A DNA stretch of 64,000 nt from Deltaproteobacteria bacterium (GTDB taxonomy: Bacteria > Desulfobacterota > Binatia > UBA1149 > CAITLU01), in the NCBI GenBank assembly GCA_016218925.1, contig JACRCR010000141.1, forward strand, positions 23,760-87,759, in the 5' to 3' direction. The notes below the pieces were generated by a model that searched no databases, was not told the DNA's origin, and was given only the letters and a program-made list of their open reading frames with translations. The position numbers and the translations under genes were made by a program. Shown here piece by piece: positions 23,807-32,734 of this stretch; within the stretch, counting starts at the first letter, position 1, and each line of letters starts with the position of its first letter.

Positions 23807-25867
23807 GTGACCCCAGTCGTCTCTAACAATCGACTCAGCGGCGAGGTGAGCCTGTACCTGCGCCAGCACGCGACCAACCCTGTTGACTGGTACGCCTGGG
23901 GCGAGGAAGCCTTCGAGCGTGCCCGACGAGAAGATCGACCGATCCTGCTGAGCATCGGCTATTCGGCCTGTCATTGGTGTCATGTGATGGAGCGCGAGTC
24001 CTTCGAGAACGAGGATATCGCGGCTCTCATGAACGCGCTGTTCGTGTGCGTCAAGGTCGATCGGGAAGAAAGGCCGGACATCGATCACGTCTACATGAAA
24101 GCCGTGCAGGCGATGACAGGTCACGGCGGATGGCCGCTGACGGTCTTCTTGACGCCGCAGGGGAGACCGTTTTATGCGGGGACGTACTTTCCGCCGGAGG
24201 ATCGCGGGTCCACGCCCGGGCTTCCCAAGGTTTTGGCCGGAGTCGCACGAGCATATTCGGACCAGCGCGCGGAGGTGATGGGCAGCGCACAACGCGTCGC
24301 CGATTTCCTCAACCGAAGCGAGGACGGCACGCGTTCTCCGACACAGCTATCCCGAGAATCCGTCATCGCGGCGGTGGATGGCCTGACCGGAATCATGGAC
24401 GCCGAGCACGGGGGGTTCGGCAAGGGCGCAAAGTTCCCCGGAGCGACGTGCCTGACCCTTCTCTTGGACGCGGAGCGGTTGGCGTCAAGCGCCGATCGGG
24501 CGTACCTGATGCGGCTTTCGCTGGACCGGATGGCCTCCGGAGGGATCTATGACCACTTGGGTGGAGGCTTCCACCGTTACTCGGTAGATCGGGCCTGGCG
24601 GGTTCCCCACTTCGAAAAGATGCTCTACGACCAAGCTCTCCTCGCGCGCGTCTACCTGGACGCTTGGCGCGTTTTCGACGAACCCCGATACGCCGAGGTT
24701 GTCACTGGCACGCTCGACTACGTCCTTCGAGAGATGACGAATCCCGCAGGTGGCTATTACGCGACTCAGGACGCCGACTCGGAAGGTGAAGAGGGGAAAT
24801 TCTTCGCCTGGACCCGCGCCGAGATTGCCGATGTTCTGGGCGAAGAGGCCGCTGCGCTGTTTTGCGAGGTCTACGGGGTAACCGCTGTCGGCGACTTCGA
24901 CGGTCGAAACATCCTCTTCCGCGCGGTTTCTGTCGATCAACTCGCAGAGAGGCTCGGGTCCGAGGGGGCCGCAGCGGAGCGGTCGATCGCGCGCTCACGG
25001 GCACGTCTCTACGATCGCCGATCGCGCCGAGTATGGCCTGAGCGCGACGAGAAGATCGTGACCGATTGGAACGGCTTGATGATCAGCACGATGGCCGCCG
25101 CGGGAAAGCAGTTGGGAAGACCAGATTATGTCGGGAGCGCGATGCGCGCCGCGGACTTTCTGCGTGGGCACCTCATCGATGATGGCGGTGTCCGCCACGT
25201 CTTCGCGGGAGGTCAGGCGCGCGTCGATGGTTTTCTCGACGACTATGCCTTCCTCGGTCGTGCTTGTCTCGATCTCTTCGAGGCAACCGGCCGTCGCGAG
25301 GACTTCACGACGGCGCAGTTCTGCGCGCGCGAACTCTTGCTCAGATTTGAGGACTCAGCGAGAGGAGGATTCTTCTTCAGCGCGTCATCTGCCGAGCCGC
25401 TGGTCGCGCGCACGAGAGACATGTTTGATGGCGCCGTGCCATCGGGCAACTCGGTGGCCGCGGAGCTGCTATTGCGCATGTGGGCGCTGACCGGCGAGGA
25501 GCCGTACCGATGTTCCGGGGACGGGATCTTGCGGGCCTTCGGGGGAGAGGCGTTGGCGAGCCCATACGGCGGCGCGCATCTTCTTTGCGTTCTGGATCGC
25601 TCGTACTGCGGGTGGGCGACGGTGGTGATCGTCGGAAGCGGCGCAGGGCGTTCGGAACTCGAACGAGCCGCCCGGGAATCGTATCATCCCGAAGTCGCCA
25701 TTTATTCTGTGGACGATGAGTCGGCCTCGTGGCTACCGGCGGCCCTGTCCGATAAGCACTCAGTGGAAGGCGAGCCGACCGCGTACATCTGCCGGGCCGC
25801 GACCTGCAGCGTCCCGATCACCGACCCGGCTGAACTTGCCATGGGCCTACGAGGGAAGCGGGCTTGA
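23807..25867 (+). CDS. Thioredoxin-fold DUF255/YyaL-family protein with C-terminal six-hairpin (N-acylglucosamine 2-epimerase-like) domain
   Basis: GTG start. N-terminal thioredoxin-like segment [44 protein letters not shown]...[26 protein letters not shown] characteristic of DUF255/YyaL. ~686 aa. Confidence 0.8.
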   Translation: MTPVVSNNRLSGEVSLYLRQHATNPVDWYAWGEEAFERARREDRPILLSIGYSACHWCHVMERESFENEDIAALMNALFVCVKVDREERPDIDHVYMKAVQAMTGHGGWPLTVFLTPQGRPFYAGTYFPPEDRGSTPGLPKVLAGVARAYSDQRAEVMGSAQRVADFLNRSEDGTRSPTQLSRESVIAAVDGLTGIMDAEHGGFGKGAKFPGATCLTLLLDAERLASSADRAYLMRLSLDRMASGGIYDHLGGGFHRYSVDRAWRVPHFEKMLYDQALLARVYLDAWRVFDEPRYAEVVTGTLDYVLREMTNPAGGYYATQDADSEGEEGKFFAWTRAEIADVLGEEAAALFCEVYGVTAVGDFDGRNILFRAVSVDQLAERLGSEGAAAERSIARSRARLYDRRSRRVWPERDEKIVTDWNGLMISTMAAAGKQLGRPDYVGSAMRAADFLRGHLIDDGGVRHVFAGGQARVDGFLDDYAFLGRACLDLFEATGRREDFTTAQFCARELLLRFEDSARGGFFFSASSAEPLVARTRDMFDGAVPSGNSVAAELLLRMWALTGEEPYRCSGDGILRAFGGEALASPYGGAHLLCVLDRSYCGWATVVIVGSGAGRSELERAARESYHPEVAIYSVDDESASWLPAALSDKHSVEGEPTAYICRAATCSVPITDPAELAMGLRGKRA

Positions 25868-25880
25868 GTTGGAGGACCGG

Positions 25881-26867
25881 GTGAGAGACCAGGCGAAGGG
25901 CATATGGCGCCGGATCGCGGCCGTTGGGGCGGTGTGCGGATTGGTGCTGGCAGGAGGCGGCAGCGTTTCCCGGGCCGACGAGGGCAAGCGCGTCCTGCCG
26001 CAGTACGACTTGCTCGTCGACGCACCGCGGGGATCTGTGGCGACAGTCGTTGGCGCGCTTCACACCTATACTCCCCAGAAGGGCGAAACCTTCCTGGAGA
26101 TCTCGAAGAGTTTTGATCTCGGGTACAACGAAATGGTCTTGGGCAATCGCGGCACTGATCCGTGGATCCCGTCTACCAGGGAGCCCGTCGTACTCCCGAC
26201 TCGCTGGATCCTACCGGAGGCTCCACACAAGGGCTTGGTGTTGAACATCCCCGAGATGCGTCTGTATTACTTTCCGGAAAAGAACGGCGAAAAACTCATC
26301 ACGGTACCGGTCGGCCTAGGCCGCGAAGACTGGCAGACTCCTCAAGGGTCGTTTCGCGTGAGGGGGAAGACGGTCAATCCGGCGTGGGTCATACCGGAGT
26401 CGATACGTAAGGAGCGTATCGTGGAGAACGGCTTCAGCGAGCACGTGATCCCGGGGGGGACTCCCGAGAATCCGCTCGGCAGTTACCGACTGGAACTGAC
26501 GATCCCTTCCTACGGCATCCACGGCAGCAACAAACCCTGGGGTGTCGGGATGCAGGTCAGCCACGGGTGCCTGCGTCTTTACAACGAAGACATCGCGACC
26601 CTGTTCCCGCTGGTCGAGGTCGGTACCCAAGGGGTTTTCGTGTACCAGCCGGTCAAAGTGGGCAGGTCCCGCGGTCGCGTGCTCGTGGAGGTGCATGAGG
26701 ACATCTACGGGATCCAGCCGGACCTTCTCGAGACCAGCCGCGAGATCATCGACAGGCGAGGCTGGACCGAACTAGTGGAGCCCGAACTGCTCGACGCCGT
26801 AGTCGCGGCCCGAAGCGGGATTCCTACCGACGTCAGCTGGGTGACGGCGACGGCCCCGCCCGAATGA
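25881..26867 (+). CDS. L,D-transpeptidase (YkuD/ErfK family), secreted
   Basis: YkuD catalytic motif SHGCLRLYNEDIATLF near the C-terminus. Signal-peptide-like N-terminus from in-frame GTG at 25881 (RRIAAVGAVCGLVLAGGGSVSRA). The listed ORF start at 25716 overlaps the upstream gene and is unlikely. Confidence 0.75.
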   Translation: MRDQAKGIWRRIAAVGAVCGLVLAGGGSVSRADEGKRVLPQYDLLVDAPRGSVATVVGALHTYTPQKGETFLEISKSFDLGYNEMVLGNRGTDPWIPSTREPVVLPTRWILPEAPHKGLVLNIPEMRLYYFPEKNGEKLITVPVGLGREDWQTPQGSFRVRGKTVNPAWVIPESIRKERIVENGFSEHVIPGGTPENPLGSYRLELTIPSYGIHGSNKPWGVGMQVSHGCLRLYNEDIATLFPLVEVGTQGVFVYQPVKVGRSRGRVLVEVHEDIYGIQPDLLETSREIIDRRGWTELVEPELLDAVVAARSGIPTDVSWVTATAPPE

Positions 26868-26940
26868 CCGAGGCCCACTCCGCGGCACGGAGTGGGCCTC
26901 GTCGGGAAAACCAGAAGCGAAATTCCAATCGCCGGCAGAC

Positions 26941-27363
26941 TCAGGAGGCTTGCTGCAGGTCCTCGTCCTGGAGATCCATGACCGCGTCGCTGGCTCGCCG
27001 CTCGGCCAGCGGGACAATCTTGGCGGCGGACCGCCGCGACGGCCCGCGCTGCTGGCGCCACTTGGAGAGCCCACGGCGGATGTACTCGGCATTCAGGCTC
27101 AGGACTTCGCAAATGTTCTCGTAGGCGAACGGCCACTCGCGCTCGCGCGACTCTATCCATTCGAAAGCATCTTCAAACAGCATCCGTCCGCGAGGATCTC
27201 GCGCAAGCGCGTACTTCTGGTAGCATTCGACCGCATCCTGCAAGATCGCGAGCATCAAGCGCCGCTCGCGAACGAGGCCGCCCTCGCGTGCAAAGGCGGC
27301 GAAGTACTGTGCCGGCAACAGGGTGTCCGGCTCGAATAGGTTTACAAATCGGTCGGCCATTGT
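26941..27363 (-). CDS. Hypothetical cytoplasmic protein, 140 aa
   Basis: Start MADRFVNLFEPDT at 27363, preceded by GAGGAA RBS 8 nt upstream on the minus strand. No TM or signal peptide and no family recognised. The listed upstream extension to 27423 lacks an RBS. Confidence 0.5.
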   Translation of the reverse strand, partial: TMADRFVNLFEPDTLLPAQYFAAFAREGGLVRERRLMLAILQDAVECYQKYALARDPRGRMLFEDAFEWIESREREWPFAYENICEVLSLNAEYIRRGLSKWRQQRGPSRRSAAKIVPLAERRASDAVMDLQDEDLQQAS

Positions 27364-27525
27364 TTTGTTCCTCTCGTTCAGGCGCGCGCATTCAAGCCAT
27401 ATGTGCCTGATGCAGAGCGTCATATAACACGATTGAAAGTGGCGATGGAAGATTCACCGGCATGAAATAAAATGCGGCGAAACATCATTGGTATTAATTT
27501 CTCACCCTTATGGGGGCTATGCCTC

Positions 27526-27557
27526 TGGCAACCGCCATCGCTAGCAACCGCCATCGC
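27526..27557. repeat. Tandem direct repeat, 2 x 16 bp (TGGCAACCGCCATCGC / TAGCAACCGCCATCGC)
   Basis: Read directly: ctGGCAACCGCCATCGCtaGCAACCGCCATCGCg. In a non-coding spacer next to an unusually AT-rich stretch (27430-27495). Confidence 0.8.
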
Positions 27558-27586
27558 GCCACGCCGTTACGCAGCGCTGGCGTCCC

Positions 27587-28375
27587 TCACCGAGGCGGAT
27601 TCAAGAAACGGCCACGGCAAACACGCGTGGCCAGCAGGGCGACGTTGGCTGCCTCGTCTAGTAACGCAGCCCGGACCTTCGGATCTCTTGCCAGCTCTTG
27701 GCAACTAAGCAGCGTGGAAAGACGCAATCGCCACCTCTCCCACGTCTCAACCTGAACTCCGAAGCCGTTCTCGTCGATGCTGCCTCGGAGGGGGCGAGAT
27801 TCGGCAAGAAGTCTTCTCAGACCGGCCACCGTCGCGTCGTCACCGTGAAGGTCTCGGCGCGCCAACGGCGGTCCGGGGCATGGCCGAACCGAATTACCGC
27901 GGCGGGTGCGGTGCAACGAAGGACGAGCGGCATTCAGAACCGGCTTCAAAGCCCCGCTCCCCGTGGGGCGAATCACGCCAATCACCGTGCCGACTATTCT
28001 CGCGGGGCTCTCAGCCGCTCGGTGGCGCAACGGAAGTTCGAGCACGCTGGGAATCTGTGTGGACGGAGTCGGGAGCGGGATACGCCGGATCGACAGCGAG
28101 GTTCTTCCTTTCGTCACGACCATCTGGCCCGGGCGTTCCCTTGCCCCGGGCTCAACAATCAGGAAGTCCCCGATACGGATCCCGAGCGTCTCGAAAGTCT
28201 CTCGCCTGACCTTGAGAGCATACAAGCGCCGTTTCTGCCACGCGCCTGCCGGCAGGCCGAGCCACCGTTCGGCGCGGCGAGCCGACAAGCCTACCGGAGT
28301 GGGTGCGAGGGTCGGGGCTGGTTCAGCGTGGCAGCATCTCGCCTGCTTCGCCGAGTTGACCGTGGTGCTGGCCAT
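27587..28375 (-). CDS. LexA/UmuD-like peptidase S24-fold protein with non-canonical catalytic residues (Thr/Arg in place of Ser/Lys); no recognisable HTH
   Basis: Segment LYALKVRRETFETLGIRIGDFLIVEPGARERPGQMVVTKGRTSLSIRRI...IVGTVIGVIRP fits the S24 pattern (VxGDSMxPxIxxGDxxxVxP...VKRL...iGkVvgvir). GDSM is replaced by RETF and the Lys at +37 by Arg. Start chosen at the internal Met (MASTTVNS); the listed ORF start at 28480 would overlap gshA by 52 bp. Confidence 0.4.
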   Translation of the reverse strand: MASTTVNSAKQARCCHAEPAPTLAPTPVGLSARRAERWLGLPAGAWQKRRLYALKVRRETFETLGIRIGDFLIVEPGARERPGQMVVTKGRTSLSIRRIPLPTPSTQIPSVLELPLRHRAAESPARIVGTVIGVIRPTGSGALKPVLNAARPSLHRTRRGNSVRPCPGPPLARRDLHGDDATVAGLRRLLAESRPLRGSIDENGFGVQVETWERWRLRLSTLLSCQELARDPKVRAALLDEAANVALLATRVCRGRFLNPPR

Positions 28376-28428
28376 GGCGAAACGATAGGCGAAAATAAGA
28401 CGAAACTCAAGCGCCTTTTCACTAGAAA

Positions 28429-29793
28429 TCAGCGACGGTACGCTGCGGCCTCGATCAAGCGATCGATTTGACCGTTCCACTCGCCCTGCCAGTTTTCAAT
28501 GATACGGCTGGCCGGGTTTCGGCCCCCGCGCAGATCCTCCTCCATACGTTCCAGATACACGGTCTCGTCGTTGCCGTGGGAGTCTTCGACCCGTTGTCGC
28601 GTGAGGCCGACTCGACCTATCTCAACTAGTTCGCGCGCGTAATCCTTCAGAGTGTGCCGTTGCCACTTCGCGGCGAGGCCGTGGCGGGCTGCTTCCTCCT
28701 GCAAGGACGACAGCTCGCGCGGGGACCACTTGCGTATCGCGTCCCAGGCTGCCGCGAGACAGTCGGCATCGTAGAAGATACCCTTCATCAGTGCCGGGGT
28801 CGCCAGCATCAAGTCGACTGGCTGACTGTCGGGAGACCGGATCTCCAGATACGACTTGAGCCGAACTTCCGGAAAGAGCGTCGTCAGGTGGAGCGTCCAG
28901 TCGGCTAGCGTTGCACGCTCGCCTTCGAAGCCGGTTGCCAGAAATTCGCGAAAGGTGGCGCCGCCGACTTCAAGCAGTTCGCCGCGACGTGCCAGGAAGT
29001 ACATGGGTACGTCGAGCGCGTACTCAGTGTACGAGCGGAAAAGCGAGTCACTCGAGTAGACGAATGGCAAGAAGCCACACCTTGCGGCGTCGGTGTCGGT
29101 CCATATGTGTGATCGGAAGCTCTGGTAGCCAGTCAGAGCGCCGTCTACGACAGGCGAGTTGGCGGAAATCGCCACGAGTACGGGTCCCATGCTCATCCCT
29201 ACTCGCATCTTGGCGGTCGCATCGCGCTCGTCGGCGTAGTCAAAATTGCACTGGACTGTGGCGGTTTGCCCCATCATGCGCGTCCCGAGTTGACCGGTCC
29301 GAGACATGATCCGGCGCATGATCTGATAGCGGCGCTTGGGCATCCACGGGGTGCGTGAGAGCGGCGTCTTCGGAGCGATGCCGAGTCCGAGGAATCTGAG
29401 TCCGAGCAGTTCCCCCACTTCGAGGATCTCGTCGACGTGTCGTTGCAGTTCGTCATTGACGCAGTGAAGCGATTCGCACTGCTGCCCGGACATCTCGAAC
29501 TGGCCGCCCGGTTCGAGCGTGATCGACGCGAGGCCGTCCTTCAGTGCGATTAGAGACTCGCCCTCGTAAACTCCCTCCCAATGTTGGGAACGGGCAAGCA
29601 TTTCCTCGAGCAGACGCCGGATTCCGCGCGGGCCGTCGTACCGGGCGCTTTCGCCGGTCGTCGCGTCGACCACCGGCTTCTCGTACTCGACGCCCACGCG
29701 CCAAGCATCGCGATTCTTCGAGCCGGCGTGGAAATAGCTCTCGAGGTCGTCAACAGATTGAACGAGGGGGGATGATGCGTCTTCTTCGACCAT
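28429..29793 (-). CDS. gshA: Glutamate-cysteine ligase, plant type (GCS2 family)
   Basis: 454 aa. Matches the plant/proteobacterial GCL signature, e.g. SITLEPGGQFEMSGQQCESLH and RVGVEYEKPVVD versus plant GSH1 SISLEPGGQFELSG / RIGTEHEKFGF. Confidence 0.88.
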   Translation of the reverse strand: MVEEDASSPLVQSVDDLESYFHAGSKNRDAWRVGVEYEKPVVDATTGESARYDGPRGIRRLLEEMLARSQHWEGVYEGESLIALKDGLASITLEPGGQFEMSGQQCESLHCVNDELQRHVDEILEVGELLGLRFLGLGIAPKTPLSRTPWMPKRRYQIMRRIMSRTGQLGTRMMGQTATVQCNFDYADERDATAKMRVGMSMGPVLVAISANSPVVDGALTGYQSFRSHIWTDTDAARCGFLPFVYSSDSLFRSYTEYALDVPMYFLARRGELLEVGGATFREFLATGFEGERATLADWTLHLTTLFPEVRLKSYLEIRSPDSQPVDLMLATPALMKGIFYDADCLAAAWDAIRKWSPRELSSLQEEAARHGLAAKWQRHTLKDYARELVEIGRVGLTRQRVEDSHGNDETVYLERMEEDLRGGRNPASRIIENWQGEWNGQIDRLIEAAAYRR

Positions 29794-29868
29794 GGGAAAT
29801 GCACCGGTACGCTACGCTTGCGGAAGACCGATTGCCATACACTTCGGGGTCGAAGTCGACGGAAACGG

Positions 29869-30249
29869 TCAGCCGCGGGGGGTTCCGCAACTCGAGCAAT
29901 AGCGGTCTGCAGACCCGAAGCGCGTGCCACAGTTCCCGCAGAAACGAGCCGAAACCTCTGCGGGAGGCGCCGGCGACGCGTCGAGTTTCTCGAGCTCGTC
30001 GATGGCGCGAAGCGCACGGTCCTCGTAGTCTTCTCGGAGAACCGTGTAGTCGTCGTCGCTCAGCTTGCCCGTGGCGCGATCAAAGTCGGCCTCCGTAATC
30101 GCCAACAACGCGACCGCCTTTTCGTGCTTCCAAAGCTCATCGCTGACGGAGGGTTCGACAGCCGCTTGGTCGAGGTCGGTCCTCCACAGGGGCGCGGCGA
30201 TGATCACGGCGACGAGAGCAATCAAAGCTGCAGCGATGAGGCCGGTCAT
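29869..30249 (-). CDS. Small membrane-anchored zinc-ribbon protein, translationally coupled to ccmH
   Basis: 126 aa. N-terminal TM helix (LIAAALIALVAVIIAAPLW), acidic helical middle, C-terminal CxxC-x10-CxxC (CGNCGTRFGSADRYCSSCG). Its ATG overlaps the ccmH stop (ATGA). Confidence 0.5.
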   Translation of the reverse strand: MTGLIAAALIALVAVIIAAPLWRTDLDQAAVEPSVSDELWKHEKAVALLAITEADFDRATGKLSDDDYTVLREDYEDRALRAIDELEKLDASPAPPAEVSARFCGNCGTRFGSADRYCSSCGTPRG

Positions 30250-30749
30250 TGTTCGAGTTCCTCAACTTCCTTTCGAAGCCGAGCACGCCTCTGATCGAGT
30301 TCCGATGACGAAGGCACGACAGGAGAGGACGAGTCGCGTTCCTCGCTGCCGGTACTCACGAGCTCCCTTTGCCGGAGCCGACGTCGGAACAATACCAGCA
30401 TCAGCGTTCCGACGATGAAAATCGACGCGTACGGCGCGATCCAGGCGAGCAGGTTGAAACCCTCGGGAATGGGCGAGGAGAGAACCTTCTCCCCGTACTT
30501 CAACTTGTAACGGTTGAGGATCTCTTCGCCGGTCTCGCCGCGCGCAAGCGACTCGGCGATCTCTTTACGAACGGGCACCGCGAAGGAGCATTCCAGGTGG
30601 TTGCACGAGCGAACGGTCAGTCCACATCCACACTGGCACGTCAGTGCTTCCTCGACGTCGCTCGCCGCCATCTCGGCACGCACATCGACCGCCGCCGCGA
30701 TGCCGAGCAGAGCCACCAGGGCCATGCTGGCGAGGAGTAGCTTACTCAC
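30246..30749 (-). CDS. ccmH: Cytochrome c-type biogenesis protein CcmH/CycL-like (atypical CxCxC motif)
   Basis: 167 aa. Signal peptide, Cys motif LTCQCGCGL in the position of the CcmH LRCxxC, conserved YG region (ILNRYKLKYGEKV), C-terminal TM helix. 4-bp overlap with ccmF. Confidence 0.7.
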   Translation of the reverse strand: MSKLLLASMALVALLGIAAAVDVRAEMAASDVEEALTCQCGCGLTVRSCNHLECSFAVPVRKEIAESLARGETGEEILNRYKLKYGEKVLSSPIPEGFNLLAWIAPYASIFIVGTLMLVLFRRRLRQRELVSTGSEERDSSSPVVPSSSELDQRRARLRKEVEELEQ

Positions 30750-32734
30750 GCTCGTTGCCGTTGGATCGCCGAGGTCTCACGAGCCCGCTCACGTAACGTC
30801 GCCGTCCGTGAAGGGAACGCTGCGATTCCAGTTCCCAGCACCAATACAACGCCACCGAACCACAGCCACCACACCAACGGATTGACGTAGGTTTGGAATG
30901 TCGCGACTCCTTGGTTGTCGAGACTTCCGAGTACGACGTAGAGGTCATCGCGCATCGTCGAGCGCATGTCGACCTCGGTGGCTGGCTGTTCCGGACGCTT
31001 GTAGAAGCGCTTTTCCGGCCGCAGTGTCGTGATCTGCTCGCCGTCTTCGTATACGGCCAACGTTGCGATCAGTTGCGCCATGTGGGGATCTTCTTCGTTG
31101 GCCGAATCCTGGTACTCCAAGGTGTAGCGGCCGATCGTGAACCGTTCGCCCTTCTTCACCGTGTGAAGCTCTTCGACACGGTAAACCGACGACATCGTTA
31201 CGCCCAGGAACATGAACACGACGCCCACGTGGATGACATAGCCGCCGTAGCGTCGTTGGTTCTTGCGGATCAAACCGAGAAGCGCGGCGCCGTATGAGTC
31301 TCCCACCATTGCCACGCGCGCTCGGGCTCCCGAGTGGAATTCCGCGGCGACCGTATAAAGCACGAACGCCGAAAAACTCACCACCAAGATCGCCGACAAC
31401 GAGCGCATGCCACAGGCGAAACCCACTCCGCCGGCTGCCAAGCCGAGTGCTGCCGGTCCGAGGAAGTTATCTACGAGATTGCGAAACGTGGCTCGGCGCC
31501 ACGCGATGACGGGTCCAACACCCATGAGCAGCAAGAGAGCCACCGCCAGAGGGGCATTGACGCGATTGAAGAAAGGCGGCCCGACGGTGATCTTTACACC
31601 CCGCACCCACTCCGACAGTACCGGGAAAATCGTTCCCCACAGCGTCGCGAAAGCAATCCCGACCAGGAGGAGGTTGTTGAATAGAAACGCCGACTCTCGC
31701 GAGAGCAGGCTGTCGAGTTGGTGGCGGGGTCGAAGCTCGCGAAGGCGGAGCGCCATCAATCCGAAGGAAACGATCAGGGCGAACGCGAGGAACGTCAGAA
31801 AGTAGGGGCCGAGGCCGGACTGCGTGAACGAATGCACGGACGAAATCACGCCAGAGCGCGTCAGGAACGTTCCGAAGATGGTCAATGCGAACGTCAAGAT
31901 GATGAGGGTCATGTTCCAGACCTTCAGCATGTCTTTGCGTTCTTGGATCATCACCGAGTGCAGATAGGCCGTGCCGGTGAGCCACGGCATGAAGGCGGCG
32001 TTTTCCACCGGATCCCAGGCCCAGTATCCGCCCCAACCCAACACTTCGTATGCCCAACGAGCGCCGAGGAGGTTTCCGAGGCCCAGAAAGAACCACGCCA
32101 TCAAGCACCACCGCCGGGAGGTACGGATCCACAGATCGTCGAGCCTACCGGTCGCGAGCGCTCCGATGGCGAATCCGAACGGAATGGTCCAGCTCACGTA
32201 GCCCAGGTACAGCGCCGGTGGGTGGATCTGCATCCAGTAGTTCTGTAGCAGCGGGTTCAGATCCGTGCCCTCGGCCGGAGGGAAACTGAGCAGCGCAAAT
32301 GGCGGCGTCATGAAGACGAGCAAGCTCACGAAGAACGCGGCGACCGTTGCTGCCGTCGCCGTCACGTAGGGCATCAGTTCGCGATTGCGGTGGCGGTTCT
32401 GGAACAGCGCCAGTGAGGTGAACGTGGTCAGGATGAGCGCCCAGAACAGCAGCGAGCCCTCCATCCCGCCCCACAGCGCCGTAACACGGAAACGGGCGGG
32501 CAGCGTGGTGCTGGTGTAGGCCGCGACGTACTTGATGCTGAAGTCGTTGGTCAACAGGGCGTGGAGCATCACGATGCTGGAGATGCAGATCAGGCCCCAA
32601 GTGGCGTATGCCGCGTGCTCACCGCTGGCGACGAATTCTCTGCGCCTCGCGAGGGCCCCATGCAGCGAGGCGGCGACCGCGTACAGCGACGTGGCCAGCG
32701 CGAGGTAGAGGGCGAGGTTTCCGATGGCGATCAC
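30746..32734 (-). CDS. ccmF: Cytochrome c-type biogenesis heme lyase CcmF
   Basis: 662-aa polytopic membrane protein. CcmF/NrfE W-rich region (WGGYWAWDPVENAAFMPWL). Typical length. Confidence 0.92.
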   Translation of the reverse strand: MIAIGNLALYLALATSLYAVAASLHGALARRREFVASGEHAAYATWGLICISSIVMLHALLTNDFSIKYVAAYTSTTLPARFRVTALWGGMEGSLLFWALILTTFTSLALFQNRHRNRELMPYVTATAATVAAFFVSLLVFMTPPFALLSFPPAEGTDLNPLLQNYWMQIHPPALYLGYVSWTIPFGFAIGALATGRLDDLWIRTSRRWCLMAWFFLGLGNLLGARWAYEVLGWGGYWAWDPVENAAFMPWLTGTAYLHSVMIQERKDMLKVWNMTLIILTFALTIFGTFLTRSGVISSVHSFTQSGLGPYFLTFLAFALIVSFGLMALRLRELRPRHQLDSLLSRESAFLFNNLLLVGIAFATLWGTIFPVLSEWVRGVKITVGPPFFNRVNAPLAVALLLLMGVGPVIAWRRATFRNLVDNFLGPAALGLAAGGVGFACGMRSLSAILVVSFSAFVLYTVAAEFHSGARARVAMVGDSYGAALLGLIRKNQRRYGGYVIHVGVVFMFLGVTMSSVYRVEELHTVKKGERFTIGRYTLEYQDSANEEDPHMAQLIATLAVYEDGEQITTLRPEKRFYKRPEQPATEVDMRSTMRDDLYVVLGSLDNQGVATFQTYVNPLVWWLWFGGVVLVLGTGIAAFPSRTATLRERARETSAIQRQRA

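Noticed and set aside
27526-27557. CRISPR array
   Set aside because: Only two repeat units and no spacers. No cas genes anywhere in the window.
27610-27632. Hairpin GGCCACG-gcaaacac-CGTGGCC
   Set aside because: Falls inside the 3' coding part of the S24-like ORF and lacks a following T-run. Not supportable as a terminator.
27698-28471. 257-aa + strand ORF (and a 160-aa + strand ORF at 27906..28388) overlapping the S24-like gene
   Set aside because: Arg/Gly/Ser-rich with no fold signature. The opposite strand gives a residue-by-residue match to the S24 domain pattern, so the minus-strand reading is preferred.
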